From an uncultured Nakamurella sp. (GTDB lineage Bacteria > Actinomycetota > Actinomycetes > Mycobacteriales > Nakamurellaceae), in contig CAXUHA010000011.1 of NCBI GenBank assembly GCA_964250735.1, positions 25,102 through 89,101 of the forward strand: a DNA stretch of 64,000 nucleotides, in the 5' to 3' direction. The notes beneath the pieces were generated by a model that searched no databases, had not been told where the DNA came from, and saw nothing but the letters and a program-made list of their open reading frames with translations. The position numbers were made by a program, and so were the translations under genes. This document shows, one piece after another, positions 1-9,635 of the stretch (the stretch's first letter is position 1; each line of letters opens with the position of its first letter).

Positions 1-539
1 GCACTCGTCGGCGGTGCCGCCGGGGCCGATGCCGTCGGCGGTGCAGCCGGGGCCGACGCCGTCGGCGGTGCAGCAGGCGGGGCCGAACCGGCCCGCCCGG
101 ACGTTGCCCCTCCGGACGTTGCCCCCCCGGAAGTTGCCGCCGGGGACAGAGTGCTCGCCCCGCCGGTCACCGTGAAGTGGATCTCACCGGTGACCGGATG
201 CCCGTCGGCCGACACGATCCGGTAGGCGGCCGTGTACGCGCCGGGCGGGCCGGTACCGACGGTTCCGGTGACCACGTTCCCGCTGATCGAGGGGGTGCCG
301 ACGGCGTACTGCCGGCCGTCCGGACCGACCAGCGACACGACCGGATCGAAGTTCTGCACCGGCTGGTCGAAGGTGAAGACCACCGAGGACGGCGCGGTCG
401 GAACCGTCGAGCGGTCGGTGGGATCGCTGGAGATCAGGACGTCGTGCGCGGCGGCCACGCCGGCCGACCCGACCCCGAGGCCGGCCACCGCGAAGACGGT
501 GACCAGCATCCGCAGGAGCATCCTGCGAACGGTGTTCAT
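1..539 (-). CDS. copC: CopC-family copper-binding protein, runs off the left edge
   Basis: Manual translation from ATG 539 (in-frame ATG also at 560): signal peptide ending AAA|HDVLISSDP, then VFTFDQPV and YRIVSADGHPV (N-terminal His and DGH Cu ligands), followed by a Pro/Ala/Ser-rich tail. Not in the ORF track because its stop lies outside the window. Confidence 0.88.
   Translation of the reverse strand, partial: MNTVRRMLLRMLVTVFAVAGLGVGSAGVAAAHDVLISSDPTDRSTVPTAPSSVVFTFDQPVQNFDPVVSLVGPDGRQYAVGTPSISGNVVTGTVGTGPPGAYTAAYRIVSADGHPVTGEIHFTVTGGASTLSPAATSGGATSGGATSGRAGSAPPAAPPTASAPAAPPTASAPAAPPTS
5..140. repeat. Coding tandem repeats in the CopC tail (about 27-bp and 15-bp units)
   Basis: gtcggcggtgc(a/c)gc.gg occurs 3 times at 27-bp spacing, and ccgga(c/a)gttgcc occurs 3 times at 15-bp spacing; they encode AAPPTAS and GGATS repeats. 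Confidence 0.7.
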
Positions 540-576
540 CTGCCGGCCTCGGGGGTTCATCAGCGGGCCTTCGGGC

Positions 577-1254
577 TCATCGGGAGGCCTTGGCCCGGCC
601 GCGCAGAGCCACCGCCGCGACCAGCAGGGCCAGCGCCCCGACCACGATGCCGACGACGGCGAGAATTCTGGCTGCGCCGTCGTCCGTGTCGACCGCCGGT
701 GCGGCCGACGGGGACTCGGTGACGGTCAGGACCGGAGCGGGGTGCTCGGGCTCCGCTCCGGACGCCGGCGTCGGTTGGTCCCAGTTCACCACGGTGCCGT
801 CGTCGTAGGTCTGGACGGCCTTGAAGGCCAGGGAGGGCACCTTCGGCACCGGGCCGACCGACACGTCGAACTCGGCGAACTGGCCGAGCGCGATCTTGCT
901 GCTCGGGTCGGCGGTCCAGGTGATGCTACTGACGGCCTGGGTGATGGTGGCGTTGTCGTCGTCGGAGATCGGGGTGGTCAGCTTGGCGGTGGTCACCGCG
1001 GCGGTCCAGCCCGGTTGCTTCTCGAACGCGACCGAGGCGAACGGGTGGTCGACCGGGAAATCGACGGTCACTTTGGACGTACTGGCCGTGGCCGATTCGT
1101 TCGGCACCCGAAAGGTGAGTTTGAGATAGCTGCCGGCGACAGCGGCGTCGGGGTTGACGGTGACGTGGGCGGAGGCCACGCCGGCACCGATGGTCAGCCC
1201 GATGGCGGCCAGGGTGGCGACGGCCAGGAGGCGGGCGGGTCGGAAGATCGACAT
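577..1254 (-). CDS. ycnI: YcnI/DUF1775 copper-binding membrane-anchored protein
   Basis: ASA|HVTVNP, FRVPNE, ITWT, QTYDDGTVVNW, EHPAP motifs and a C-terminal TM helix; start ATG 1254 after GAAGGA. Confidence 0.88.
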   Translation of the reverse strand: MSIFRPARLLAVATLAAIGLTIGAGVASAHVTVNPDAAVAGSYLKLTFRVPNESATASTSKVTVDFPVDHPFASVAFEKQPGWTAAVTTAKLTTPISDDDNATITQAVSSITWTADPSSKIALGQFAEFDVSVGPVPKVPSLAFKAVQTYDDGTVVNWDQPTPASGAEPEHPAPVLTVTESPSAAPAVDTDDGAARILAVVGIVVGALALLVAAVALRGRAKASR

Positions 1255-1355
1255 GAGGGTCCTTCGTGGGAGCGCAGCAGGGCAGCCACCCGCGCCGAGC
1301 GGCGGAAACGGGTGGCTGGGAGGGGTGGGTCCGGATCGGGTGATCCAGCAGGTCA

Positions 1356-1895
1356 CTACTTCAGTGCCGGTGGGCCCCTCCGGGGACTCGTCGACAGCAG
1401 CGCCCCGCCTGGCCGGGGTGCGAAGGAGTCACGACCGACGACGGTCCACCCGGGCGGCAGTTCGACTCCCGCGGCCGGAGTGAGCAGCCGTGTGCACCGA
1501 CGCAGCGCCGAGAACAGCGAGAAGAGCGCCCACTCGCCGTAGGCCAGCACGAACGCGGCGGCGGCCGCGGCCAACAGATGAAAGGTCAGCATCCCGGCCG
1601 GATCGGCCGGGATCAGCGACCGGCCGCCGGCCATGGCGTGCCCGTCGACCACGAACAGCAGATGAAAGGCCAGCTGGGCCGCGGCCAGCACGCCGAAGAT
1701 GCCGGCCCAGCGCCGCCGCCGCCGCGCCAGACCGGAGGTCATCGCGCCGATGGTGACGCCGCCCACCAGGAGCACGGCCAGGTCCGGTGCTGCGCCGCCG
1801 CCCATCAGGTGCCCCAGGGCGGCCAGCGACGTCGCGACGGCCGCAAACGCTGCGGACCGCAGGAACCGCCAGGGCACTGAGGTGGGGCTGGACAC
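1356..1895 (-). CDS. His-containing membrane protein upstream of ycnI/copC
   Basis: Four hydrophobic helices with AALGH, QLAFH and MLTFHLLAA, ending RRGPP; typical first gene of actinobacterial ycnI-copC operons. Confidence 0.7.
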   Translation of the reverse strand: MSSPTSVPWRFLRSAAFAAVATSLAALGHLMGGGAAPDLAVLLVGGVTIGAMTSGLARRRRRWAGIFGVLAAAQLAFHLLFVVDGHAMAGGRSLIPADPAGMLTFHLLAAAAAAFVLAYGEWALFSLFSALRRCTRLLTPAAGVELPPGWTVVGRDSFAPRPGGALLSTSPRRGPPALK

Positions 1896-1899
1896 CGGT

Positions 1900-2472
1900 T
1901 CAGACCGGACTGCCGACCAGATAGGTCATCAGGTCGGCTTCGATCTGGTTGAGTTCCCGACCCACCGCGGAGAGGGTGCCGCGCCGGCGACCGGCGGGCA
2001 TCGAGGCTGCCGTGTGCACGGCGGTGTCCAGATCGGACAGTCTGGCCTTGGCCACGTCCGAGAACCTCACCACCTGCAGGTCGGCGGTCCGGCGGTGGCG
2101 AAGGTCGTCGATTGCCGAGCGCAGGCTGGCGATCCGGGCTCCGACCACGCCGGTCGGCCCCCGGAACGCGGCCACCTCGTCGGCGCTGACGCCGAGCTTG
2201 ACGGCCCGTCGTTCGTCCAGAAATCCCCGGACGGCCGTCGACGCGCGTAGAGCCAGCGGTGCAATGGCCGGACCGGCGATCTTGGCCACCGCCACCGCGC
2301 GCCGGGCGTTCTTAGGATTCGTCAGGGTGCCGATCAGCCCGATGGGCTCCTTCTTGAGCGCCTTGGCGGCTTTCTTCTCCGCGCCTTCGGCTTTCTTCTC
2401 GGCGCCGGCGGCCTTCTTCGCGGCCCGGGCGGCCTTCTTGTCCCCGCCCACGCTCTTCCTACCGAACATCAC
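1900..2472 (-). CDS. DUF6474-family protein
   Basis: Lys/Ala-rich N-terminus; RAVKLGVSADEVAAFRGPTG; RRRGTLSAVGRELNQIEADL. Confidence 0.72.
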   Translation of the reverse strand: MMFGRKSVGGDKKAARAAKKAAGAEKKAEGAEKKAAKALKKEPIGLIGTLTNPKNARRAVAVAKIAGPAIAPLALRASTAVRGFLDERRAVKLGVSADEVAAFRGPTGVVGARIASLRSAIDDLRHRRTADLQVVRFSDVAKARLSDLDTAVHTAASMPAGRRRGTLSAVGRELNQIEADLMTYLVGSPV

Positions 2473-2597
2473 GCGTCTCCCGTCATCACACCGGCGGCCG
2501 CGGGCGGTGCCGACGCAGTGGTTGTGCTCAGACTAGTTGTGCACAGACTAAGGGCGGATCGGCACGGCTGACAGTCCGGCCTCCTACCCTGGTACTG

Positions 2598-4382
2598 ATG
2601 ACCATCGCCGGTTCGGCTGCGACGGGACCGGTACACCTCGGGTCCGGCGGATCACCGACGCCGCAATCCGGCCGTGAAGCCGCCGGTTCGGCGGTGATTC
2701 CGGTCCGACTCGGTCCGGCTGCGGCCGGCCGCTGCCGTCGTCGGGTCCATCTGGACGCGGATCCGGGCGCAGCCAGAACGTTGCGGGCCGGCGTCGACGA
2801 CGGGCTGCGCCTGCGGTTTGCGGACGGCACCGCGCACCGCAACCGGGTGCTGGCGGCGCTGCACCTGGCCGTGGGCACCGAGCCCGGTGCCGGGTGGGAC
2901 TGGACCGGCCCGGACCGGCCGTTGGCCGTGGTGGCCCCGGAACTGCGCAGTGGTTCCCGGTTCGGCACGCCCGATCTGCTGCTGTGGGCCGGTGACGGAT
3001 ACCGGCCGGTGATCATCCGTGCGCACCGCACCACCGATCCGGGCGGCGGGGCTCTGACGTCCCCGCTCGACCAGCCGCTGGCGGCCGGGATCGACCCGGC
3101 CCGCAAGGCGCGGACCCATGCCGCCGACGCGCTGACCCTGGCCCACCATTACCGACTGCTCGCCGACCTCGGACTGGCCGGTGCGGACGCCGTGGGCGGG
3201 GTGATCGGGCGGGGTGGCCCGGCTGTGATCGACCCGGCCGGTGACGGTGGGACAGGTCCGGACGGCGCGGACGCCGACCTGGTGGTCTGGCATCGACTGG
3301 ATGTGCCGGGCGCCTCGGTCCTGGCCGACTACGACGTCCGGTTCGCGGACCGGCTCGCCGTCGCCGCTGCGGCGGCCAACCGCCGGCCGGCCCTGGCCGC
3401 CGCGTCCCGGATCGGTGAGTGCCGGCGATGTGCGTGGTGGCCGGTCTGCTCCGTCGAACTGCTGGCCCGCAAGGACGTCTCGCTCATCGTGGCCGGCGGT
3501 GACGTCGACGTGCTCAACGCGGCGGGCGTACGGACCGTGGAGGAACTCGCCGGGTTGGACGCCGCGACGGCCGCCGCGCTGCCGCTGACCGGTTTTTCAC
3601 CCGGAACAGCGCGGGTGCGGGCCCGGGCGTGGCTGAAAGGATGGCCGCTGGTCCGCAAGAACGACCAGGTGCGGGTGCGGCGGGCCGACCTGGAGCTCGA
3701 TGTGGACATGGAGTCCTTCCTCGAGGACGGTGCCTATCTGTGGGGCACCTACCTGACCGGACCAGCAGTGCAAGCGCTGGGTCTCAGCGGTGGTTACCGC
3801 CCGTTCGTCAGCTGGCAGCCGCTGCCCCACGCCGACGAGGGCCGCATCTTCGCCGCGTTCTGGCGGTACCTCACCGGTCTCCGGGCCACGGCCGCCAGGC
3901 ACGGCCTGACTTTCGCGGCGTACTGCTATTCCAGATCCGCCGAGGAACGCTGGCTGCGCTCGACCCCCGCGCGTTATCCGGCTGTGCCGGGTATGCCCAC
4001 GGCGCAGGAGGTGGCGGACTTCTGCTCGTCGAGCGACTGGGTGGACATCTACCAGGAGATCCGCGACCAGTTCGTGGTGCCGGGGTCGATGAAGTTGAAG
4101 GCGCTGGCCCCGGTGGCCGGCTTCGGATGGCGGGACTCCGATCCGGGCGGGGAGAATTCGATGGCCTGGTACCGCGCGGCGGTTGGTGCGCGTCCCACCG
4201 AGGCGCGGAGTGAGCCGGCCGGCGACGGTGGAGCGGGCGTTCTCGCCCCGGTCGATCAGGCGATGGCCGACCGGATCCTGCGGTACAACGAGGACGATGT
4301 ACTGGCCACCCTGGCGTTGCGCCGCTGGCTCACCGAGCGGGCCGGCGAGGTGCCCACGGTCGCCGAACTCGACGCCGACTGA
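2598..4382 (+). CDS. TM0106-family RecB-like putative nuclease with C-terminal RNase H-like domain
   Basis: PDLL nuclease-like motif, ECRRCAWWPVC Cys cluster, DVDMES, GAYLWG, LKALAPVAGFGW, YNEDDVLAT. Confidence 0.85.
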   Translation: MTIAGSAATGPVHLGSGGSPTPQSGREAAGSAVIPVRLGPAAAGRCRRRVHLDADPGAARTLRAGVDDGLRLRFADGTAHRNRVLAALHLAVGTEPGAGWDWTGPDRPLAVVAPELRSGSRFGTPDLLLWAGDGYRPVIIRAHRTTDPGGGALTSPLDQPLAAGIDPARKARTHAADALTLAHHYRLLADLGLAGADAVGGVIGRGGPAVIDPAGDGGTGPDGADADLVVWHRLDVPGASVLADYDVRFADRLAVAAAAANRRPALAAASRIGECRRCAWWPVCSVELLARKDVSLIVAGGDVDVLNAAGVRTVEELAGLDAATAAALPLTGFSPGTARVRARAWLKGWPLVRKNDQVRVRRADLELDVDMESFLEDGAYLWGTYLTGPAVQALGLSGGYRPFVSWQPLPHADEGRIFAAFWRYLTGLRATAARHGLTFAAYCYSRSAEERWLRSTPARYPAVPGMPTAQEVADFCSSSDWVDIYQEIRDQFVVPGSMKLKALAPVAGFGWRDSDPGGENSMAWYRAAVGARPTEARSEPAGDGGAGVLAPVDQAMADRILRYNEDDVLATLALRRWLTERAGEVPTVAELDAD

Positions 4383-4403
4383 CCGGCTGCCTGCAGGAAG
4401 ATG

Positions 4404-5168
4404 TCAGCGCGGGGCCATGCGCAGCGAGCCGTCCATCCGGATCACCTCGCCGTTCAGGTAGTCCTGCGCGGCGATGGAAAGCACCAGTGCCGCATACTCC
4501 TCCGGCCGGCCGAGCCGCGAGGGGAACGGGACACTCGCGGCCAGGGCCGTGCGGAACTGCTCGCTGACGCCGGCCAGCATCGGTGTGTCCAGGATGCCCG
4601 GCGCCACCGTCATCACCCGGATCCCGAACTGGGCCAGATCCCGTGCCGCCGGCAGGGTCATCGCCGCCACCCCGCCTTTCGACGCGGCGTAGGCGGCCTG
4701 GCCGATCTGGCCGTCGAACGCTGCGATGGAGGCGGTGTTCACGATGAGGCCACGCGCGCCCTGCTCGTCGACCGGGTCGGTGGCGGCGATGGCCTCGGCG
4801 GCCAGTCGCAGCACGTTGAACGTGCCGACCAGGTTGATCGAGATCACCCTGGCGAAAACCTCCAGGTCGTGAACGCCGGTACGGGAGATGATCCGGGCCG
4901 CCGGTCCGATGCCCGCACAGTTGACGGCGAGCCGCAGCGGACGTCCGGAACCGACCGCCGCCTGTACGGCGAGGGCCACCTCGTCCGGTGCCCGGACGTC
5001 ACCGCCGATCGGGGAGACGCCGTCGGGCACCGTTCCCGCCGCGTCCCACCCGGAGGGCAGGTCAAGGCCGATCACGGCGGCTCCCCCGGCGACCAGCGCG
5101 GCCGAGGTCGCGGCGCCCAGCCCGGAGGCGGCGCCGGTGACGATCGCGGAGATTCCGGTGATCTGCAT
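4404..5168 (-). CDS. SDR oxidoreductase, 3-hydroxyacyl-CoA dehydrogenase type II-like
   Basis: TGAASGLG, NCAGI, NTASIAAFDGQIGQAAYAASKGG, IRMDGSLRM. Confidence 0.92.
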   Translation of the reverse strand: MQITGISAIVTGAASGLGAATSAALVAGGAAVIGLDLPSGWDAAGTVPDGVSPIGGDVRAPDEVALAVQAAVGSGRPLRLAVNCAGIGPAARIISRTGVHDLEVFARVISINLVGTFNVLRLAAEAIAATDPVDEQGARGLIVNTASIAAFDGQIGQAAYAASKGGVAAMTLPAARDLAQFGIRVMTVAPGILDTPMLAGVSEQFRTALAASVPFPSRLGRPEEYAALVLSIAAQDYLNGEVIRMDGSLRMAPR

Positions 5169-5192
5169 GACGAACGCTCGCCTTTCCGGGGT

Positions 5193-5846
5193 TCAGGTGA
5201 TGACCGGGAGGCTATCGCCGTCCGCGGCCCGAACCGCCGACCTGGTCCACTCCGCGATGTGGCGGTGCAACATCGCCCTGGCCCGGGCCGGCGTGAGCCG
5301 CGCATCGGGCAGGTAGCACTGCACCACCAAACCGTCCAGCAGGGCGATCAGCTCGACGGCCGCGGCGGCCGGATCCGCGACGACCAGGGACCCGTCGGCT
5401 CGGCCCCGGACCAGCATCTGTTCGGTCAGCCGGTGCAGGTCCCGGTAGACCCGCGACTGCCAGGCCGAATAGCGTGGGTAGCGCGCCGCGAGCGCCCAGA
5501 AGTCCAGCCAGAGCCGCCAGTGCTCCAGCGTCCGCTCGTCGGAGGCCATCAGCCCGTCGATCAGCTCGGTCAATCCGGCCAACCCGGTGCCCGCCGCAGC
5601 CGCGCGCAGCCAGATCGGCGCCGAATGGATTTCCATCTCGCTTTCCAGCACGCCGGCCAGTACTTCTTCCATGCCGGAGAAGTGGTACGTCACGGTGCCG
5701 ACGGACACCTGCCCGGCCGTGGCCACGTCGCGCACTGTGGTGGCGTGCAGTCCGCGTTCGGCGATCACGCCGCGAGCCGCCTCCACCAGCATGCGGCGGC
5801 GAACCTCCGGCGGCTGTCGCTTCCGCACCGCGTGGGCTGTGGACAC
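5193..5846 (-). CDS. TetR-family regulator with BetI-like C-terminus
   Basis: HTH RGLHATTVRDVATAGQVSVGTVTYHF; WRLWLDFW; ALLDGL; GTG 5846 preceded by AGGAGG. Confidence 0.9.
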   Translation of the reverse strand: MSTAHAVRKRQPPEVRRRMLVEAARGVIAERGLHATTVRDVATAGQVSVGTVTYHFSGMEEVLAGVLESEMEIHSAPIWLRAAAAGTGLAGLTELIDGLMASDERTLEHWRLWLDFWALAARYPRYSAWQSRVYRDLHRLTEQMLVRGRADGSLVVADPAAAAVELIALLDGLVVQCYLPDARLTPARARAMLHRHIAEWTRSAVRAADGDSLPVIT

Positions 5847-5949
5847 CGGATGCCTCCTGACCGGGCGATGCGCAGTGCGACCGCCTGTGATCACCGCCTG
5901 TCGTTACCGCCGGAGCACCGGTGACGAATGGGTCCGACACTGCTATGAT

Positions 5950-5979
5950 CAGTTAATCGTACATCCGCACGATTAACTG
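5950..5979. promoter_or_regulatory. Inverted-repeat operator between tetR and putB
   Basis: CAGTTAATCGT-N8-ACGATTAACTG with perfect 11-bp arms, directly after a TATGAT -10-like hexamer. Confidence 0.75.
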
Positions 5980-6010
5980 CCTGACGATCAACGGCCGCCA
6001 CCAACGGGGA

Positions 6011-6958
6011 GTGCCTCTCGTGTTCCTGCTCCGCAAGCCGATTCTGGCCCTGTCCGCCAGTGACCGGGTCCGTGACCTGACTATGCGACTGCCCGCCACC
6101 CGGTCGGTGGTGAAGCGGTTCGTCGCCGGTGAGACGACGGCCGACGCGGTCGAAGCGGTCCGGAAACTACGAGCGGCCGGTTTGCAGGTCACCATGGATC
6201 ATCTCGGGGAGGACACCCGGGATACCGCGCAGGCGGACGCCACCGTGGCCGCGTATCTCGAGCTGATCACCGCGCTGGACCGGGCCGGGTTGGCCGAGGG
6301 CGCCGAGATGTCGGTCAAGCTGTCGGCCGTCGGCCAGGCGTTGACGACCACCGACGGGCATGAGTACGCGCTGCTCGGCGCCCGCAAGATCGCCGATGCC
6401 GCCTACGGCGTCGGTGCCAGGCTGAACCTGGACGTGGAAGATCACACCACCATCGATTCCACTCTGCGGATCCTGGCCGCCCTGCGCGAGGCGCACCCGG
6501 ACGTGGCCGTGGCGATGCAGGCCATGCTGTTGCGAACGCCGGCCGACCTGGCCGCGCTGACCGGTCCCGGATCCAGGGTTCGCCTGGTCAAAGGTGCGTA
6601 TCACGAACCGGGGACGGTCGCGTTGACCGATCCGGCGCAGGTCGACCGCGCCTACGTCCGGGGGCTCAAGGTTCTGATGGCCGGCCAGGGCTATCCAATG
6701 GTCGGTTCGCACGACCCGAGAATGATCAGCATCGCCGCCCGGCTCGCCGCCGACCACGGCCGGAGCCCGGACAGCTACGAGCATCAGATGCTCTACGGGA
6801 TCCGCCCCGATGAGCAGCGCCGTCTGCAGTCCGGGGGCGCGACGGTGCGGGTCTACGTGCCCTACGGCTCGGACTGGTACGGCTATTTCACCCGGCGGCT
6901 CGCCGAACGGCCGGCCAACCTGCTGTTCTTCCTCCGCGCGCTGCTCAGTCGAGGCTGA
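6011..6958 (+). CDS. putB: Proline dehydrogenase
   Basis: RFVAGET, DHLGE, SVKLS, RLVKGAY, QMLYGIR, VYVPYG.DWYGYFTRRLAERPAN. Confidence 0.95.
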   Translation: MPLVFLLRKPILALSASDRVRDLTMRLPATRSVVKRFVAGETTADAVEAVRKLRAAGLQVTMDHLGEDTRDTAQADATVAAYLELITALDRAGLAEGAEMSVKLSAVGQALTTTDGHEYALLGARKIADAAYGVGARLNLDVEDHTTIDSTLRILAALREAHPDVAVAMQAMLLRTPADLAALTGPGSRVRLVKGAYHEPGTVALTDPAQVDRAYVRGLKVLMAGQGYPMVGSHDPRMISIAARLAADHGRSPDSYEHQMLYGIRPDEQRRLQSGGATVRVYVPYGSDWYGYFTRRLAERPANLLFFLRALLSRG

Positions 6959-7040
6959 CCGTCCGAGGCCGCCCTGATCCCCGGTCAGCACCCGGGGCAC
7001 GCCGTGATCGAACCACCGCACACCACGTCAAGGAGCAGAA

Positions 7041-8666
7041 ATGGATGCCGTCACCCTCCCACCCCCTCCGGTGAACGAGACGGTGCTGGACTACGCACCG
7101 GGTAGCGCGGAGCGGGAGCGGCTGACGGCGGCGCTGAAATCGTTCGGCTCGCCGGTCGAACTCGGCGCTGTCATCGGTGGCGAAACCCGCAAGCCGCTGG
7201 GCGAGGACTTCACCGTCGTCGCCCCGTTCGACCACGCCAGGGTGCTGGCCACCTCCGCCAACTCCACCCAGGCCGACGCGGCCGACGCGGTGAAGGCGGC
7301 GGCCGCCGCCGCACCGGGGTGGCGTGACCTGTCCTTCGACGACCGGGCCGCGATCATCCTCCGCGCGGCCGAGCTGCTGACCGGCCCGTGGCGCGCCCGG
7401 ATCAACGCCGCGACCATGCTGGGCCAGGCCAAGACGGCCTATCAGGCGGAGATCGACTCGGCCTGCGAGCTCGCCGACTTCTGGCGCTTCAATGTGCACT
7501 TCGCCCGGCAGATCCTGGCCGACCAGCCGATGGCCAACTCGAAGGGCATCTGGAACCGCACCGATCACCGCCCACTCGAGGGCTTCGTCTACGCCATCAC
7601 CCCGTTCAACTTCACCGCCATCGCGGGCAACCTGCCCACCGCGCCGGCCCTGATGGGCAACGTCGTCATCTGGAAACCGTCGACCACCGCGCAGCTCGCC
7701 GCGTCCCTGACCATGGATCTGCTGGCCGAGGCCGGTCTACCGGCCGGCGTGATCAACATGCTGCCCGGCTACGGGCCGGAGATCTCCGAGGTGTTGTTGG
7801 CCGACCCCAATCTGGCCGGCGTGCACTTCACCGGGTCGACCCGGGTCTTCCAGGAGCTGTGGAAGGGCATCGGGGACAACATCTCCCGGTACCGCAGCTA
7901 CCCGCGACTGGTCGGCGAGACCGGCGGCAAGGACTTCATCGTGGCCCACCGCTCGGCCGATGTGGACGTCCTCCGCACGGCCATGGTCAGGGGAGCCTTC
8001 GAGTATTCGGGGCAGAAGTGTTCCGCCGCGTCCCGCGCCTACGTCCCGGCATCGCTCTGGCCGACCCTGAAGGATCAGCTGATCGCGGAAACCGAGGCGC
8101 TGACCATCGGCAGCGTCGAGGACTACTCGAACTTCTCCAGCGCCGTCATCGACGACCGGTCGTTCGGTCGACTCAAGGCCGCCCTGGACCGCGCCCACGC
8201 CACCGATTCGATCGAGGTGATCGCCGGTGGAACCTACGACGACTCGGTGGGGTACTTCGTCCGGCCGACCCTGCTCCTGGGCACCGACCCGGCCGACGAG
8301 ATCTTCTGCAACGAGTACTTCGGGCCGATCCTGTCCGTCCACGTGTATGACGACGCCGACTTCGAGAACGTGCTGAAGCAGGTCGACTCGGCCTCGCCGT
8401 ACGCCCTGACCGGTTCGATCATCGCCCGCGACCGGGTCGCCGTGGCCCAGGCGAGCCAATCGCTGAGGTATACGGCCGGCAACTTCTACATCAACGACAA
8501 GCCGACCGGTGCCGTGGTCGGTCAGCAGCCCTTCGGCGGCGCCAGAGCGTCCGGCACGAACGACAAGGCCGGCTCGGCGGCCAATCTGATGCGCTGGACG
8601 TCGCCGCGGTCCATCAAGGAAACGTTCGTGGCCGCCACCTCGGTGGGCTATCCGCACCAGGGCTGA
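7041..8666 (+). CDS. pruA: L-glutamate gamma-semialdehyde (P5C) dehydrogenase
   Basis: PFNFTAI, FTGST, GETGGKDF, AFEYSGQKCSA, NDKPTGAVVGQQPFGG. Confidence 0.96.
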   Translation: MDAVTLPPPPVNETVLDYAPGSAERERLTAALKSFGSPVELGAVIGGETRKPLGEDFTVVAPFDHARVLATSANSTQADAADAVKAAAAAAPGWRDLSFDDRAAIILRAAELLTGPWRARINAATMLGQAKTAYQAEIDSACELADFWRFNVHFARQILADQPMANSKGIWNRTDHRPLEGFVYAITPFNFTAIAGNLPTAPALMGNVVIWKPSTTAQLAASLTMDLLAEAGLPAGVINMLPGYGPEISEVLLADPNLAGVHFTGSTRVFQELWKGIGDNISRYRSYPRLVGETGGKDFIVAHRSADVDVLRTAMVRGAFEYSGQKCSAASRAYVPASLWPTLKDQLIAETEALTIGSVEDYSNFSSAVIDDRSFGRLKAALDRAHATDSIEVIAGGTYDDSVGYFVRPTLLLGTDPADEIFCNEYFGPILSVHVYDDADFENVLKQVDSASPYALTGSIIARDRVAVAQASQSLRYTAGNFYINDKPTGAVVGQQPFGGARASGTNDKAGSAANLMRWTSPRSIKETFVAATSVGYPHQG

Positions 8667-8787
8667 GCCCTTCTCCGCGCCAACTGATCGGCGCCGCGCC
8701 TATAGAGCCTCTGAGTCTGCGGGCGTCCCTATCGTCACCCTCGCGATAACACCTGAAACCTTTGGTCGAACACGACAGGATCCATGG

Positions 8788-9195
8788 TCAGCTGGTGGCC
8801 AGTCGCTGCGTCGGTTGCCCGGTGACCTGTGCAATGAGCTCAAAGTCCTTGTCCAGGTGGAGGATTGTGAGACCCGCGAGTTCTGCGGTGGCGGCCACCA
8901 TGAGATCGGGAACAGACGGTGCACGGTGCCGACCGCTATCGGCGAGCAGCATCTGCACTTCAACGGCCCGGTCTTCGATCGCCGGAGTTTGATATTCCAG
9001 TGGCATCGACGCGAGCGGGGGGCGCCGGGCGGCCGCGCGCAGGTCGAGGCCGGACCGGGCGGAGTAGCCGACCTCCAGCCGGGTCACGGTCGCGATACGG
9101 ACCAAACCTCGGTCGATCCGCTCGGCCCATACGGATGCGTCAGGGGTGCAGCCGAGCCGAGCCAACGCGGATGTGTCGACCAGCCAATCAGTCAC
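8788..9195 (-). CDS. vapC: VapC PIN-domain toxin resembling M. tuberculosis VapC2
   Basis: [32 protein letters not shown]; GTG 9195 overlaps the antitoxin TGA. Confidence 0.92.
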   Translation of the reverse strand: MTDWLVDTSALARLGCTPDASVWAERIDRGLVRIATVTRLEVGYSARSGLDLRAAARRPPLASMPLEYQTPAIEDRAVEVQMLLADSGRHRAPSVPDLMVAATAELAGLTILHLDKDFELIAQVTGQPTQRLATS

Positions 9196-9413
9196 TGCCA
9201 AGCGCCTTTCATGACGTCCGAATCGGCGAGATCGGCAAAGGTCGCAGCAAACGTGGTCAAGTCGGCGACGGTGACAGGTTGCGCGGTACTCACGGCTTCC
9301 TGTGCCAGGCGGCGCCGCAGGTACTGACTGCGGGACAGGCCCAACCGCGCCGCGCGAGCGTCAAGAGCCGCTACCACGTCGTCGGGAACATCACGCACCA
9401 GCACATCCGTCAA
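9192..9413 (-). CDS. vapB: VapB ribbon-helix-helix antitoxin resembling VapB2
   Basis: [36 protein letters not shown]; TTG 9413 after GGAGGTG. Confidence 0.9.
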   Translation of the reverse strand: MTDVLVRDVPDDVVAALDARAARLGLSRSQYLRRRLAQEAVSTAQPVTVADLTTFAATFADLADSDVMKGAWQ

Positions 9414-9427
9414 GACGCCACCTCCCG

Positions 9428-9445
9428 TGATAGCACATGATAGCA
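9428..9445. promoter_or_regulatory. Probable VapB autoregulatory site
   Basis: Direct repeat TGATAGCA-ca-TGATAGCA just upstream of the vapB RBS. Confidence 0.5.
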
Positions 9446-9635
9446 GAACCACTGCTTAGCTCATGTCCCACCGCACGAGGAGCGGCCGATAGGATGACGG
9501 GACCATCCTGACCCGTGGTGACGGGTCGGCCTTTCGGCTGCCGTCACCGGTTCGTTGCCTGGACGCTTTCTCAGTGGATTCATAGGCTGGGAGAGCATTT
9601 TGGGGAGGAATCGATGCCGACCGAGAGTTGACCAT

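Noticed and set aside
2598-4382. TM0106 protein as Cas4 of a defence system
   Set aside because: It sits in the housekeeping DUF6474/copC context with no cas1/cas2 or array.
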